In this document: positions 39,906 through 49,791 of the stretch, one piece after another | Layout: every line of letters begins with the position of its first letter | Numbering within the stretch: the stretch's first letter is position 1 | From: a virus | Virus record (IMG/VR): IMGVR_UViG_3300010391_000273 | Coordinates: 1 to 64,000 of that record | DNA: 64,000 nt | Reading direction: 5' to 3' (one strand) | Notes under the pieces: generated by a model | The model's database searches: none | What the model was told of the DNA's origin: nothing | The model's input: only the letters and a program-made list of their open reading frames with translations | Position numbers and translations under genes: made by a program

Positions 39906-41042
39906 TCATCGTCCGCCCCCCGCACCGTCTAGCCCCAATCCCTCAAACGCCCGCACGACATCGGCCCGCTGATACCCCTTCAGCGCCTTTCCCGCCACCT
40001 TGACGGTCCTCGGAGCTAACCCATGACGCGATACCAAAGACGCCAGCATTTCAGCCGTCAGCCCACCCCGGAACACACCCCACGGCGACATCGCCCGCAA
40101 CCGACCGACGATATCTGCACTGAACATCGCCCGCCCGACGAACAGCGCCATGACATCACGCACAGCCCGCTCGCCATACGCCAGCGTAACCACCGCTTGC
40201 TCGTCTTCGTGGATTTCATTGCGCCTACGCGGCTCAGTCTTGACCGCCGCCTGATTGATCGCCCAATTTTCAAGGCGCGCCATCATCGCGACATCACACC
40301 CAAGCCAATTCGCAAGCCCGAGCATCGATCCCCAAATCTCCCGATCCCGCGCATCCAACCGTTCCGAGAACACCGGGCCGATAGCGTGCTCGCCAGTCGA
40401 GAGCACCGCCTGTATCTGCCCGCTCAACACCTGCCCCTCATGCTCTGCTACCTCCGGCAGATATTCCCGCGCCGGTCGCCCACGCTCAAGCGTCATCACA
40501 ATCGACCGCCCCCGCGCAGTCTCATCAAGATCACCAATCAACGCAAAAGCCCACACGCTGTAGCTCCGGTATTCGACCGTGCCACTGGCCCCACTTGCGC
40601 GGCCAATCGTATCGCCACGCCGATAGCCGCTATTGATCACTTCTGAAAAAAACTTGTTCCCCCTCGTTTCCGCTTCATCCCATAGCTGACTACAACGCCC
40701 ATCGGCCTCAGCAATCCGACGCAGAATGAACGCCGGAGACGGTCCAACACCTTTCCACGGCCTACGAACCAGTAACCGAACCAATTCCAAAACACGCGAC
40801 TTGCCCGCACCCTTGACCGCTGCCGTAACCGCGAGAAACGGCCACGCATAGAACCGGTCGAAAACCCAAGACCCCACACACCACAACGCCAGCACCAACG
40901 GCAGATCCTTATCGCCGGTCGCTACATACCCGCTGATCCACGACGCCACAGCTTCAAGCAACTTTTGACCGTTCGATTTTTCCACTTCAGCCCCCAAACT
41001 TGACACAATCGCCACTGATAACAGGAGCAAACAGCATACCAC
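39906..41042 (-). CDS. DUF3631-family P-loop protein (start may be near 40986)
   Basis: LALW...GAGKSRVLELV...DEAE...INSGYRRG...R.IV; C-terminal wHTH-like KGY. Confidence 0.75.
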   Translation of the reverse strand: MVCCLLLLSVAIVSSLGAEVEKSNGQKLLEAVASWISGYVATGDKDLPLVLALWCVGSWVFDRFYAWPFLAVTAAVKGAGKSRVLELVRLLVRRPWKGVGPSPAFILRRIAEADGRCSQLWDEAETRGNKFFSEVINSGYRRGDTIGRASGASGTVEYRSYSVWAFALIGDLDETARGRSIVMTLERGRPAREYLPEVAEHEGQVLSGQIQAVLSTGEHAIGPVFSERLDARDREIWGSMLGLANWLGCDVAMMARLENWAINQAAVKTEPRRRNEIHEDEQAVVTLAYGERAVRDVMALFVGRAMFSADIVGRLRAMSPWGVFRGGLTAEMLASLVSRHGLAPRTVKVAGKALKGYQRADVVRAFEGLGLDGAGGGR

Positions 41043-41496
41043 ACAAAACCCCTGCTAACCCCTTGCATAATCGCCCTTAGACCCCTCTCATTGTGTCCTG
41101 TTTTTCACCCTATGTCCCAAAATAGCCCAGCAAGCAAACTGCATACCGGAACCAAAGCGAACACATAGCGAAAATTCCCCGCCCACAGCTCACAAAAAAC
41201 TGACCAAAAACAGCCCAATTTCCACCAGCTCACAAGACCGACCGAACGTCCGTAAACCATTGCATATCGACCAAGCACCCAGACCAGAACCCTACTCGCA
41301 CGAGCGCCGGCAGAACCTCGCGCCTACCCGCCGCGCCACCCGATACCCCGTTACCTTTGGTCGCTTGCCGAAGCTTTTCCCCCCTCGCGCCCGGACGCCA
41401 CACAACCCCGGCAAGGCGTCTAGCTGGCCCGCTACGCCCCGAACGCAGGCCGAGCGCCCCATCAGTCGGACCCCAAAAAAAAATCGTTAAAACCCC

Positions 41497-41525
41497 TTGA
41501 CAGCCCATTTCGCAAGGCGCATACT
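41497..41525 (+). promoter_or_regulatory. strong early sigma70-type promoter
   Basis: TTGACA-17nt-CATACT with upstream A-tract (UP element). Confidence 0.75.
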
Positions 41526-41667
41526 CCGTGAGTCAGTTCGGAACGGGGCGACGAAACGCCAAAGACGCCAGCGGCAAGACAGCGCGGCAACCTAAGCGAA
41601 GCTATACCCCAAACCGAATCATCTCAACAAACCGGGCTAACAGCCCAAACATCAGGAGAACATCACC

Positions 41668-42174
41668 ATGATCGACGGAAACAACGACGAGACTCTGACA
41701 ATCGGTGCCGCGCCGACGCCCCTGCACACTATCGCGGATCTCTTCTCTGGCGTGATCTTCATGACGCCCGCACGCCCCGAACCCTATACTTTCACCAACG
41801 GCACGAAGAGAACGCCGCTGGCCGATGTGCTGTTCGAACTCGGAAACACCGGGATCACCCTGAGCGGTGCTCAGATCGTGGACGAGCAGAACCCGAAGCG
41901 CGGACGCTCGATTCAACTCCGACTCCCGAACAAGGGCAAGGTCGGCGGTTATGATCCGCTGTTCATGGCGGAATCAGAACGGGACAAGGCGGCATTCATC
42001 GCGTTTCACAAGGACGTAGTTTCCAAGTGGGCTACGTGGCGCCGTGAGCAGGTTCTCGCCGGAACGACCGTTCGACCGAGCGAAATCAAGGCTGACGCCG
42101 TGGTTTACTCTGACGACGACCTGATCAGCCTTGGACTGATGGAGGCAAACACACCCAAGCCGGCAGCCGTCTAA
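41668..42174 (+). CDS. SpoVG/PC4-like nucleic-acid-binding protein (tentative)
   Basis: AGGAG RBS; LADV.F...ITLSGAQIV...LRLP.K...YDPLF...VVSKW resembles SpoVG pattern. Confidence 0.5.
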   Translation: MIDGNNDETLTIGAAPTPLHTIADLFSGVIFMTPARPEPYTFTNGTKRTPLADVLFELGNTGITLSGAQIVDEQNPKRGRSIQLRLPNKGKVGGYDPLFMAESERDKAAFIAFHKDVVSKWATWRREQVLAGTTVRPSEIKADAVVYSDDDLISLGLMEANTPKPAAV

Positions 42175-42246
42175 AGACCGTCGAAAGGTGGACCGGAGCT
42201 TAGGTTCCGGTCTATCTTTGGACACGTCTTAGACAAGGTTTCCCTT

Positions 42247-42867
42247 ATGGCTAACCCCTTTAACGGATCAGCACATGGCAAGCGCGACGGTTCAGTCTAT
42301 CGAGCTTCCAAGACTGCCGACCGTGTGTTAGACATGCGTCCCGCTGCCACCCGCAAGGCTCACCCATTGTACCAGCCTGATAGCGCCCCCTCGACTTGGA
42401 CGGCAACCGAAAGCGCCGGTCTAGCATGGCAGTGCAATCAAGAAATCGAGGAAACCCGCGAAACACATGGCGACATTCGACGCCGCAGCCTAACCGAGTC
42501 AGCACACCTCGAACAGCGAACCGAGCAGCTAGACTTTGGTGTCAGGCGCGAACGTCGTATCGTCCGCAGGTGGAACGGCTACAAAGCCGAGTGGGAACCA
42601 GTTTTCAACGCCGACGGTTCCCCATGTTGGGTTAAAGGTATGCCCGAGGCGGAAGGTTGGATTGAAAACCCGCGCCTACTATGGAAGTCTGACAAAACCC
42701 TGTTACGTCAAGGACATCCAGACCAAGCACCCAAAGACATCAAACGTATCGACCCCTACACCAAACAAATCATTCGAGACGAACAAGAACGGTCCGCAGT
42801 CGAAGAAGTGCCGATCATGGACAACCTCGAAATCGACCGCTTGAACCTCGACTACAACGACCTTTAG
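42247..42867 (+). CDS. hypothetical early protein
   Basis: ORF in early arm. Confidence 0.6.
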   Translation: MANPFNGSAHGKRDGSVYRASKTADRVLDMRPAATRKAHPLYQPDSAPSTWTATESAGLAWQCNQEIEETRETHGDIRRRSLTESAHLEQRTEQLDFGVRRERRIVRRWNGYKAEWEPVFNADGSPCWVKGMPEAEGWIENPRLLWKSDKTLLRQGHPDQAPKDIKRIDPYTKQIIRDEQERSAVEEVPIMDNLEIDRLNLDYNDL

Positions 42868-42896
42868 CCGTTACCCCGTTACCATTTCGGTTCAAA

Positions 42897-43520
42897 ATGA
42901 CCAAAACACCACTATTGCTGTACTCAAGGGAAGTAGGCTTTTCCCGCTCCCGCGATGAGGCGATGCGTAATGAGGTGAAGTCAGTCCATAACCATAGTGG
43001 ACTAACTAACACGACATCAGCAATCAAAACCAGAATCGCTAAGGTGACTGAATCGTTAGCAACTGGCGAGCGTCTATATGCGAAGGACGCAGACACACCA
43101 ACAGCCGATCAGGGTGGACTACTCGCGGATCGCAAGGTTCAGGCCGAAGCTAGATTGAGAGAAGTAGAGATCAGAAGCGATCAGGAATTTTCCGAGCTAG
43201 TCTCAAAGTGGGAAGAGAAATTTCCCCCGGTAAACACGTTAGGACCAATCACGCCCGGCCTAATCAACGATTTAGGATTGGATCCGACAATCGTTTTCCC
43301 GGCTGGCCCATGTTGCACATTCTGCGGTAAGTCGGTCGAAGAAGTGCATGCAACACATGGCCGCCGACCCCTTCGTAAGGTCAGTGTGACCGAAGAAATT
43401 ATCGTCGCGGGCAAGCTGATCACAACGACTAAAATCGTCCACACGACCGATAAACAGCTTGCTTGCCCCGATTGTTGCCTGAAGATCACCGATACCATGT
43501 TCAAAAGTCAAAGGACATAA
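42897..43520 (+). CDS. hypothetical protein with Zn finger
   Basis: CTFCG...CPDC. Confidence 0.6.
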   Translation: MTKTPLLLYSREVGFSRSRDEAMRNEVKSVHNHSGLTNTTSAIKTRIAKVTESLATGERLYAKDADTPTADQGGLLADRKVQAEARLREVEIRSDQEFSELVSKWEEKFPPVNTLGPITPGLINDLGLDPTIVFPAGPCCTFCGKSVEEVHATHGRRPLRKVSVTEEIIVAGKLITTTKIVHTTDKQLACPDCCLKITDTMFKSQRT

Positions 43521-43676
43521 CGCTCATGGATCAACCACACTGTTACTACTGCCACTCCACCCATACCACGTGGAATGATCGGTTCCGTTGTTACCTCTGC
43601 CACCATTGCTATCTCAAACTGGAAGATGATCGAAGACGACCAGGAATAGTAGACATGAGGTAACACCCAAGTAATC

Positions 43677-43868
43677 ATGACAATTTACAGAATGGGGCCT
43701 AAAGTGAACGAGAAGACCTTTCCAGTAAACATCGGCCAGGACGAGCGGGACATGATCACGTCAATCCAGAACAAGATTGAGGTGAACATGGGCTACAAGG
43801 TCACTCAGCGAGCCGTGGTCACTCGTGCGATTCGCAAGATGCACGAAGAGATTTTTCAGAAAACTTGA
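43677..43868 (+). CDS. ribbon-helix-helix-like regulator
   Basis: Beta-helix-helix pattern, VTQRAVVTRAI. Confidence 0.5.
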   Translation: MTIYRMGPKVNEKTFPVNIGQDERDMITSIQNKIEVNMGYKVTQRAVVTRAIRKMHEEIFQKT

Positions 43869-44149
43869 TTGTCGTACCACAGTCTCTGAAGATGGCGGAC
43901 CTCATGTGTACGACCCACAAGGATTACGTCATCGCGCCGTTTGATTGCCCAGGATGCACCCATGAGGCGCTCGCGCGCATGCAGACCCTTGCACCACACG
44001 ATGCGGTGGACGACCTCGCAGAGACAGTCGCGGTGCCCACTATCTGTTGCTGTGATGAGGACGTCACGGAACCAGATGGGTCGTACATAGGCACCAAGGG
44101 GTGCATGCACGATCCGCCAGCACCCTTCTCCTTAAAACACGACGATTAA
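43865..44149 (+). CDS. Cys-rich hypothetical protein
   Basis: ORF with several CxxC/CxH motifs. Confidence 0.45.
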   Translation: MIVVPQSLKMADLMCTTHKDYVIAPFDCPGCTHEALARMQTLAPHDAVDDLAETVAVPTICCCDEDVTEPDGSYIGTKGCMHDPPAPFSLKHDD

Positions 44150-44303
44150 GCCAACGGATGAGGTCAAGTCATGCTGTGGCGAAAGATGAAGGATCGCGGC
44201 GGGAAAATGTCCTCGGTGTGGAGATGCCCCAAGTGTAAACAGTGGAAAGTCGAGCTTCTAGCTGAGGCCTGTCACGCTTTGATAGAGTTCGACAAGGGGA
44301 TAG

Positions 44304-44564
44304 ATGAGAACAACCCTCTACCTAAGTAGGAGTACAAGGATGATCATCGAACTTGCGAACGGTGTAAAGGTTGCTACTAAAAGAGCTTCCAAGATCACAT
44401 TTAGGAAGATCGGGCTTCCCGGTTGGTGGCGGTGGTATCTCATCTACGATGCAAAGGGTGGGCAAAGCCGCAGTTTAGTAACCGTTCGTAGTATACAATC
44501 AATCAAAGGAGGAACTGATTATAGTCATTTCTTGGGAAGAAAAGAAAGTTCCTGTAAGTCGTAA
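44304..44564 (+). CDS. hypothetical protein
   Basis: ORF; AGGAG before internal ATG. Confidence 0.45.
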   Translation: MRTTLYLSRSTRMIIELANGVKVATKRASKITFRKIGLPGWWRWYLIYDAKGGQSRSLVTVRSIQSIKGGTDYSHFLGRKESSCKS

Positions 44565-44591
44565 ACGTAGGGGTTACATAGACTTAGAACT

Positions 44592-44801
44592 ATGAAACTC
44601 TCAAAAGATCACGCCATTCGAATTGCTGTCTCTCATCTCAAGGGAGTTGATCGAGACGCCGAGATACTTCGCTTGTGTAAACACCCCAGGCAAATCATGC
44701 GGGCAGCCCAGATCAAGATCATCTTGATTCGTCGGATGAAGGGTGTAAGAAAAGAGCACAAGCATAACCTTAACCCTTCGCATAAGTCATTGAGGTCTTA
44801 A
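44592..44801 (+). CDS. small basic protein
   Basis: ORF. Confidence 0.45.
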   Translation: MKLSKDHAIRIAVSHLKGVDRDAEILRLCKHPRQIMRAAQIKIILIRRMKGVRKEHKHNLNPSHKSLRS

Positions 44802-45205
44802 GCTATGTGGACACTACTTAATCAAAGTGGAACCTTGACATGTGGCATCTTTGAAACTGAGGAAGATGCCATCGACTGGTCAGAGAGGTTCCTTCCCAGT
44901 TTAGGTTTGATCCCAGTTGAACTCCTTATCTCAAAAGAGATGAAAATGAACATCACCATAACTACATGGGAAGGGCAAGCCCATACTTTCCCCACACCCC
45001 TGAGCATTAACTAGGATCAGGCTACAAGAGAGAACAAATCGCAAAGAGGAAGCAGGTTAGATCATGATTCTTCCAGGCTGGTCCTTTCCTATATCTCCAG
45101 AATTAGAGAAAGCCATCAACGATGGGATAGTCACGACTGAGTAGAACGCGAAGGAAAAGTTTACCTACGTAAAAGGTAAGTATGTAAATGCTCATGGGAT
45201 CGTGA

Positions 45206-45406
45206 TTGAGTTTCAATATGGAATATGAAGTAGTCGAGAGCGACTTCGAACCTGGTGTATGGAAAGTTGAAGTCCATGACCATAGGAGCGGTGATTGCTA
45301 TATCACAAACTTCTACGGTCCCAAGTCAAAGGAACGCGCCGTGGAGTATCTGGTGTTCAAAATAAAAACCTCCGCGCCATCTGACGTATTCCACGCTGTC
45401 ATGTGA
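45206..45406 (+). CDS. hypothetical protein
   Basis: W.VE......GDCY...F.GP...ERA.EY pattern. Confidence 0.55.
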   Translation: MSFNMEYEVVESDFEPGVWKVEVHDHRSGDCYITNFYGPKSKERAVEYLVFKIKTSAPSDVFHAVM

Positions 45407-45421
45407 AAGAGGCTATTCTAA

Positions 45422-45712
45422 GTGCCTAACAAGTATGAACTAGGTAATGGTCTCATTCCACTTGGTGCTAAACATGGCAGGTACCTCTATATCAAGTATA
45501 AGTGCAAGTGTGTAGTGTGTCGTAAAGCGGCTTCAGTCTACCAAGTCGAGAGGGTCAAAGCACTCGTAGCCCAAGGTAAGTGTAAGTCATGTGGGAAACC
45601 TCATGTTGATGGCCTTCAGTATAGGTGCAAGGCTTGCAATGAGAAGTCTACCATCTACAATAGGAAGATGAGGGAGACTAACAAGCTTTTAAAGACTCTT
45701 GGGGTTTTTTAA
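45422..45712 (+). CDS. Zn-finger protein
   Basis: HG...Y...CKCVVC, CKSC, CKAC. Confidence 0.55.
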   Translation: MPNKYELGNGLIPLGAKHGRYLYIKYKCKCVVCRKAASVYQVERVKALVAQGKCKSCGKPHVDGLQYRCKACNEKSTIYNRKMRETNKLLKTLGVF

Positions 45713-45800
45713 TCATGGAGTTCGGCAACACGGAGATGCCGTGGACGTACAATAAGGCGAAGAAGACGCTCACGCTGGACGAAGAGGCGTAGGACACATC

Positions 45801-45870
45801 GCGGGGATAGGATGACGTGTTATCCATCGGGCCGCGCCCGAGAGGCTGGTGTGACACCCAGTTCCCCGCA
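45801..45870 (+). ncRNA. tRNA-like element copy 1 (6-bp D stem, no CCA)
   Basis: GCGGGGA/UCCCCGC acceptor; GGAUGA-CGUG-UUAUCC; UCGGG/CCCGA; GCUGG/CCAGU. Confidence 0.7.
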
Positions 45871-46099
45871 CAGTTTGCCGGTTAGTTCAAAATTGGAGAT
45901 CGAGTTTGGATAACAAGTAGAAACAAGAAAGCTACTATTGTCCATCTCACTAGTAGTGGATGAAGATTGGAGGGTTTCTGGCCATTTGCCCTCGCTCATG
46001 GCGGGTCGGACTGGGGATCGCGCTGTGGAATACCAGTGCAGGGCTCCTGCCGATGATGGTCCGCTGATTGCACACCCAACAACTCAGGAGAAACGAATC

Positions 46100-46969
46100 A
46101 TGAAACGATTGACATGGGGATTTCTTGCACTCGTGTGTGTCTACAGTCTGCTCGTCGGCGGGTGTTCGTTGGACAAGGGGTCCACAGGGCCCTCGGCAGT
46201 CGAATTGGGGACTCCGGTGTCGCCAGGATCACAGCTGTACACCCTCGTGGGGAGTCAGTTTTTGGGGACATTGACCGCCAATGTGGGTGGCACCAGTGGA
46301 ACATTGGGCATCCTGTTTACCTCAGAAGGGGGCACCGCTGTGACCGCAACGGTGACGTTCAACGATGGCCAGGGCTATGTGGGCGATGCCGTAGGGACAC
46401 TGAGCAACCTCCATACACTCGCGCGCAACGGATTATCGGGTGGCGGGTGTACGGCATGGGAGAGTCAGGGAACGGTGACGTTGGCTGTGCCGCCTGCTCG
46501 CGACACCTACACAGGCTCGTACTACGCCACATGCCACAACAGTCCTTCAGCGGTGTTTGGTGATAGCGGGACGTTTGCTCTTTCCCGTACAGGGACATTG
46601 GGACTTCCGATTCCGCCGCCTCCAGTGATTGTAGACGTGTGTCCTAATCTTGAAGGGACACAGCTTGTCGTGCCAGCGGGATACGTCCTCACAAATGGGC
46701 AGTGTGTCCTGATTCCCCCTCCGCCACCGCCCCCGCTGCTCTGCTCCACGTCCTACTGGAGGATGAACAATGGGAACACGAACGCCAAACAGAACAAGTG
46801 CGTGAACAACGGTGGTACGTGGCTCGGAGAGTTTGACGTGCCGGGATCAGCAGCCGGTATCGAGCACGACGTATGCAAGTTCCAACCGAATCCACCGGGC
46901 GCACCAGGGAACGATGAGACATTGATCACGCCGCCTGGATTGACGCCGATTGCGTGTCCGATCTCGTAG
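46100..46969 (+). CDS. lipoprotein, beta-rich with Pro/Cys-rich C-terminus
   Basis: AGGAG RBS, MKR + hydrophobic stretch + VGGC lipobox; DVCPN repeat. Confidence 0.7.
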   Translation: MKRLTWGFLALVCVYSLLVGGCSLDKGSTGPSAVELGTPVSPGSQLYTLVGSQFLGTLTANVGGTSGTLGILFTSEGGTAVTATVTFNDGQGYVGDAVGTLSNLHTLARNGLSGGGCTAWESQGTVTLAVPPARDTYTGSYYATCHNSPSAVFGDSGTFALSRTGTLGLPIPPPPVIVDVCPNLEGTQLVVPAGYVLTNGQCVLIPPPPPPPLLCSTSYWRMNNGNTNAKQNKCVNNGGTWLGEFDVPGSAAGIEHDVCKFQPNPPGAPGNDETLITPPGLTPIACPIS

Positions 46970-47036
46970 GCGACAACTAACTACTAGTGAATGACGTGGA
47001 TTTCACTGCTAGATACTACCCAGATAGGCCTTTAAC

Positions 47037-47255
47037 ATGAGGTATTACACATACAACGAGCCTCCAATCGTACCCGGTGGTACACCCACTCAACCTATTC
47101 TTTCAGAGGCCCAGATCCTAGCGATCTACTTCCCATGTTGGTCTAAACAGATGAGGAAGGCAGGCAAACAGAATCTCATCAGCTTCGAGAATTGCATAAA
47201 GGATTGGGTTGTAGTCCATTGGGCTTGGGAAGTCCTTAAGCCATTAGATGTATAA
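47037..47255 (+). CDS. conserved phage hypothetical protein
   Basis: SE..IL..YF..W...M...ENCIKDWVVVHWAW. Confidence 0.6.
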   Translation: MRYYTYNEPPIVPGGTPTQPILSEAQILAIYFPCWSKQMRKAGKQNLISFENCIKDWVVVHWAWEVLKPLDV

Positions 47256-47462
47256 TCGTGCATGATCGTAACAGGAAAAAATTAACCATGATCTCAATCA
47301 TTCTCGGCTTTACGTTAGGTGGCCTAATCCCGGCCTATATCCTTAAGCATTACCAGGCCTATACATGCCTCGTTAACCTAAATTGTAATTGTAAATATGA
47401 TGAGGATTGGTTAGATTAAGTCTTCTAACAATCATGCAATGATCATCAGTCATGCAATGATC

Positions 47463-47585
47463 GGTAGTAGGTTGAAAAAGTCTCTCTAAGAACAAGTTAA
47501 ATCCTCAACCGTGCTGGGAGCTAGGTTGAACTCACTTGTCTATGATCTACTGATCATGTTAGAGAGACCTTTTGAGCCTACTGCC
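47463..47585 (+). ncRNA. putative structured ncRNA (~123 nt, long closing stem with branched interior)
   Basis: GGUAGUAGGUU/AGCCUACUGCC and GUCUCUCUAA/UUAGAGAGAC stems; inner ACAAGU/ACUUGU, UCAACC/GGUUGA, AUGAUC/GAUCAU. Confidence 0.6.
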
Positions 47586-47647
47586 CGGTCAAACCTCAAG
47601 GTAATAGGGTGTGAGGTGCCTTCACCTACCATCTTTCTCCCAACCCA

Positions 47648-48286
47648 TTGGTGGTAGGCTCAACTTTATCATTGCATAATGATATGCATGATTATTCTAA
47701 GGTGTTTAACATGATCGCGGCTAAAGTCGTCGTCGTCGTGAAGGATCCGTTTGAAGTCAGTCTCTTAACGAGTGAGGATGCGAACCTCCTTGTTCGTGGG
47801 TCAGGGCGTTTGCAAGATCATGCTGCTCGTCAACTCAAACCTGAGTCTGATCCTTTAGGGCTCCCTGTGAATGAGTGGCAATGTGTTCATGTGGAGACCA
47901 CCTACAAACAACAGGATGGAGCACCGAAAGGTGTCACCATTCCACAAAGTTTCCGGTGTACCCACTCTATCGATAATGGTGGGTTCCTTTGCTCGTACCA
48001 TGATCGACACCTTCTCTCAATCAAACTGAGCCCGGTTGACCAAGCCCAGTTCAAACTTTGGTATGAGACTCATGCCGCTGATATCGTGGTCGATGGCGTG
48101 ATCAAGGCTGACCAGCGTGAACTTAGGAACTACACCATCCAGAAGCGGTGGGGTCTCAAGATCCACACTTGCCCAACGCCGCCACAGCTTGTCAACTCCA
48201 AGACTGGAAAGACAAGAGAGATCGCTGTTGACCCTGAATGGGAGAAGGTGGAGCTTGTAGGGGCTGGTCAATCCGATGAAGTCTGA
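47648..48286 (+). CDS. hypothetical protein (start likely 47711)
   Basis: ORF with C...C...C..H ligands. Confidence 0.55.
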   Translation: MVVGSTLSLHNDMHDYSKVFNMIAAKVVVVVKDPFEVSLLTSEDANLLVRGSGRLQDHAARQLKPESDPLGLPVNEWQCVHVETTYKQQDGAPKGVTIPQSFRCTHSIDNGGFLCSYHDRHLLSIKLSPVDQAQFKLWYETHAADIVVDGVIKADQRELRNYTIQKRWGLKIHTCPTPPQLVNSKTGKTREIAVDPEWEKVELVGAGQSDEV

Positions 48287-48671
48287 GGACTACCTGAACG
48301 ACATACGGCTTAGCTCATTCAAGCCGCTGAAGACTCTTCCTAAGGAGTCTAAGAAGATTCTCTACATGACTCTCTTTAATGAGGGTAACAAGGTTCTTAA
48401 AGCTTATAACCCATGTCAAATTAAGGATGGGACGTGCGCCGGAAGCTATAAGGATGATATAGGCTTATGCTGTAATGGTTGTAAGCACCTTGGACCTCTT
48501 GGCTGTACTGTTGAAAGCCTAATGTGTAAGCTTTGGCTTTGTCAAGGTATCATACAAACACCAGCTGGTAAAAGTGCTATCTTAAGACTGATTCAACTTC
48601 ACCATGTAGCACGAGCATCTGGTGTACCTCTCGTAATGAGATCTTCATTTGAGGCATCTTTCAATGAATGA
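48276..48671 (+). CDS. Cys-rich putative Fe-S/Zn cluster protein
   Basis: PC...C...CCNGCKHL...GC......CKLWLC. Confidence 0.6.
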   Translation: MKSEDYLNDIRLSSFKPLKTLPKESKKILYMTLFNEGNKVLKAYNPCQIKDGTCAGSYKDDIGLCCNGCKHLGPLGCTVESLMCKLWLCQGIIQTPAGKSAILRLIQLHHVARASGVPLVMRSSFEASFNE

Positions 48672-48731
48672 CTACCTAGGAGAGCTGGCTCCACTCAAGA
48701 CTAAGCTTAAAATCTTCTATAAGTGTTTTGA

Positions 48732-49271
48732 GTGTGGACTCATTCGGCGAAGCCTTTTGGAGACCTAAATATGCGTGATTTTATCAAAGTGCCAGCTATG
48801 TTTTTTACCTATGGTTTTCTCTGGATCGCGATTCAAGACCGTAGTGTTGATGCTCTCGTGGCGATGATCTTACCTATAGTTATCTGGGTCTGGGCAGGCA
48901 CGACTGGTGAATATCCAACCTTTGATTGCACCTCGTGGGAAAAGAAGCTTGCAAAAGAGATTGAATATGGGATTGAGCAGACTCAAAAACAAGCAGATGA
49001 GCAAGAAAATGATCGACAGAGCGGTATACGGTGGTTCAGAGTTACTACTGGTAAACCATCAGTCCTTGCTCAAGCGTTCTATGTTCAGGGATCAGCCTAT
49101 GGACCTCAACGATATTTCAGGGCGAAAAGTTATTCTATTAACTGTGGGGCTCTTGTATTAGAAGGGCCGGTTTTACCAAAACGGAGCATTTCTGTTTTTT
49201 CTTCTGTATGGTTAGAGGATGCTCCACAGTGTATGTCAGCAGGATCTTGGTGCTCTATAGAAGAAATGTAA
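48732..49271 (+). CDS. membrane-anchored hypothetical protein
   Basis: Two hydrophobic segments followed by soluble domain. Confidence 0.5.
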   Translation: MWTHSAKPFGDLNMRDFIKVPAMFFTYGFLWIAIQDRSVDALVAMILPIVIWVWAGTTGEYPTFDCTSWEKKLAKEIEYGIEQTQKQADEQENDRQSGIRWFRVTTGKPSVLAQAFYVQGSAYGPQRYFRAKSYSINCGALVLEGPVLPKRSISVFSSVWLEDAPQCMSAGSWCSIEEM

Positions 49272-49324
49272 GGACTGTAATAGAAGGAAATCAGGAAAAT
49301 AGTATGACCCTTTGGTTCATCTCT

Positions 49325-49438
49325 GATAGATACAACGGGAGCACGATAAATATCTCCTTTGTTTCCATAACTCATTGTAACACACCCTTCACCATCGAAT
49401 AATCCGGCTAGATATTGAATAGAAACAGTCTTTTTCAT
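49325..49438 (-). pseudogene. truncated LAGLIDADG homing endonuclease
   Basis: IQYLAGLFDGEGCV...PVVSI, then the pattern is lost; own TTGACA-18nt-TAGACT promoter upstream. Confidence 0.7.
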
Positions 49439-49519
49439 TTTTAAATACTCCCAATAAGTTACAAACTTATAGTCTACTAGATAATAAAGAAGATTGTCAA
49501 CAAGATTAAACTGTTGAAG

Positions 49520-49775
49520 ATCAACAAACCGCCATTCGGACGGGGCTGCAATGCCCCCGACTCCACCATAACAAATTTAATGAGTATGGGGTCGACTTAG
49601 TTTCGACGGGTAGCTTAGTAGTTGATTGGAGGTTTAGTCGTAAGACCCACGAAACGGGTCAACCGATAGTCAACGACTATCAAATGGCAGCGTAAGCTGC
49701 AATCGACTTATAAGGTCTAATCACCTTTAGGTCCGGGTTTTGTGGGTTGTCCTCGGAACAGAATCAACCCTCTTT
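49520..49775 (+). ncRNA. ssrA: circularly permuted (two-piece) tmRNA; tag (A)NDYQMAA
   Basis: 3' acceptor half CGACUCC-A-CCA (49558-49568) precedes 5' half GGGGUCG (49588-49594) with G3:U70; pseudoknot UCGU/ACGA + GACCC/GGGUC; AUAGUC then tag 49672-49695. Confidence 0.88.
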
Positions 49776-49791
49776 CAAACAAGTTTTAAGT

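Noticed and set aside
45064-45228. In-frame TAG inside a plausible small ORF, suggesting stop-codon reassignment
   Set aside because: TAG, TGA and TAA all end well-defined genes elsewhere and no suppressor tRNA is seen; more likely a decayed gene
46001-46064. ZTP-riboswitch-like leader before the lipoprotein
   Set aside because: Only partial resemblance; the conserved 3' GCCUGGGC pseudoknot hairpin is missing
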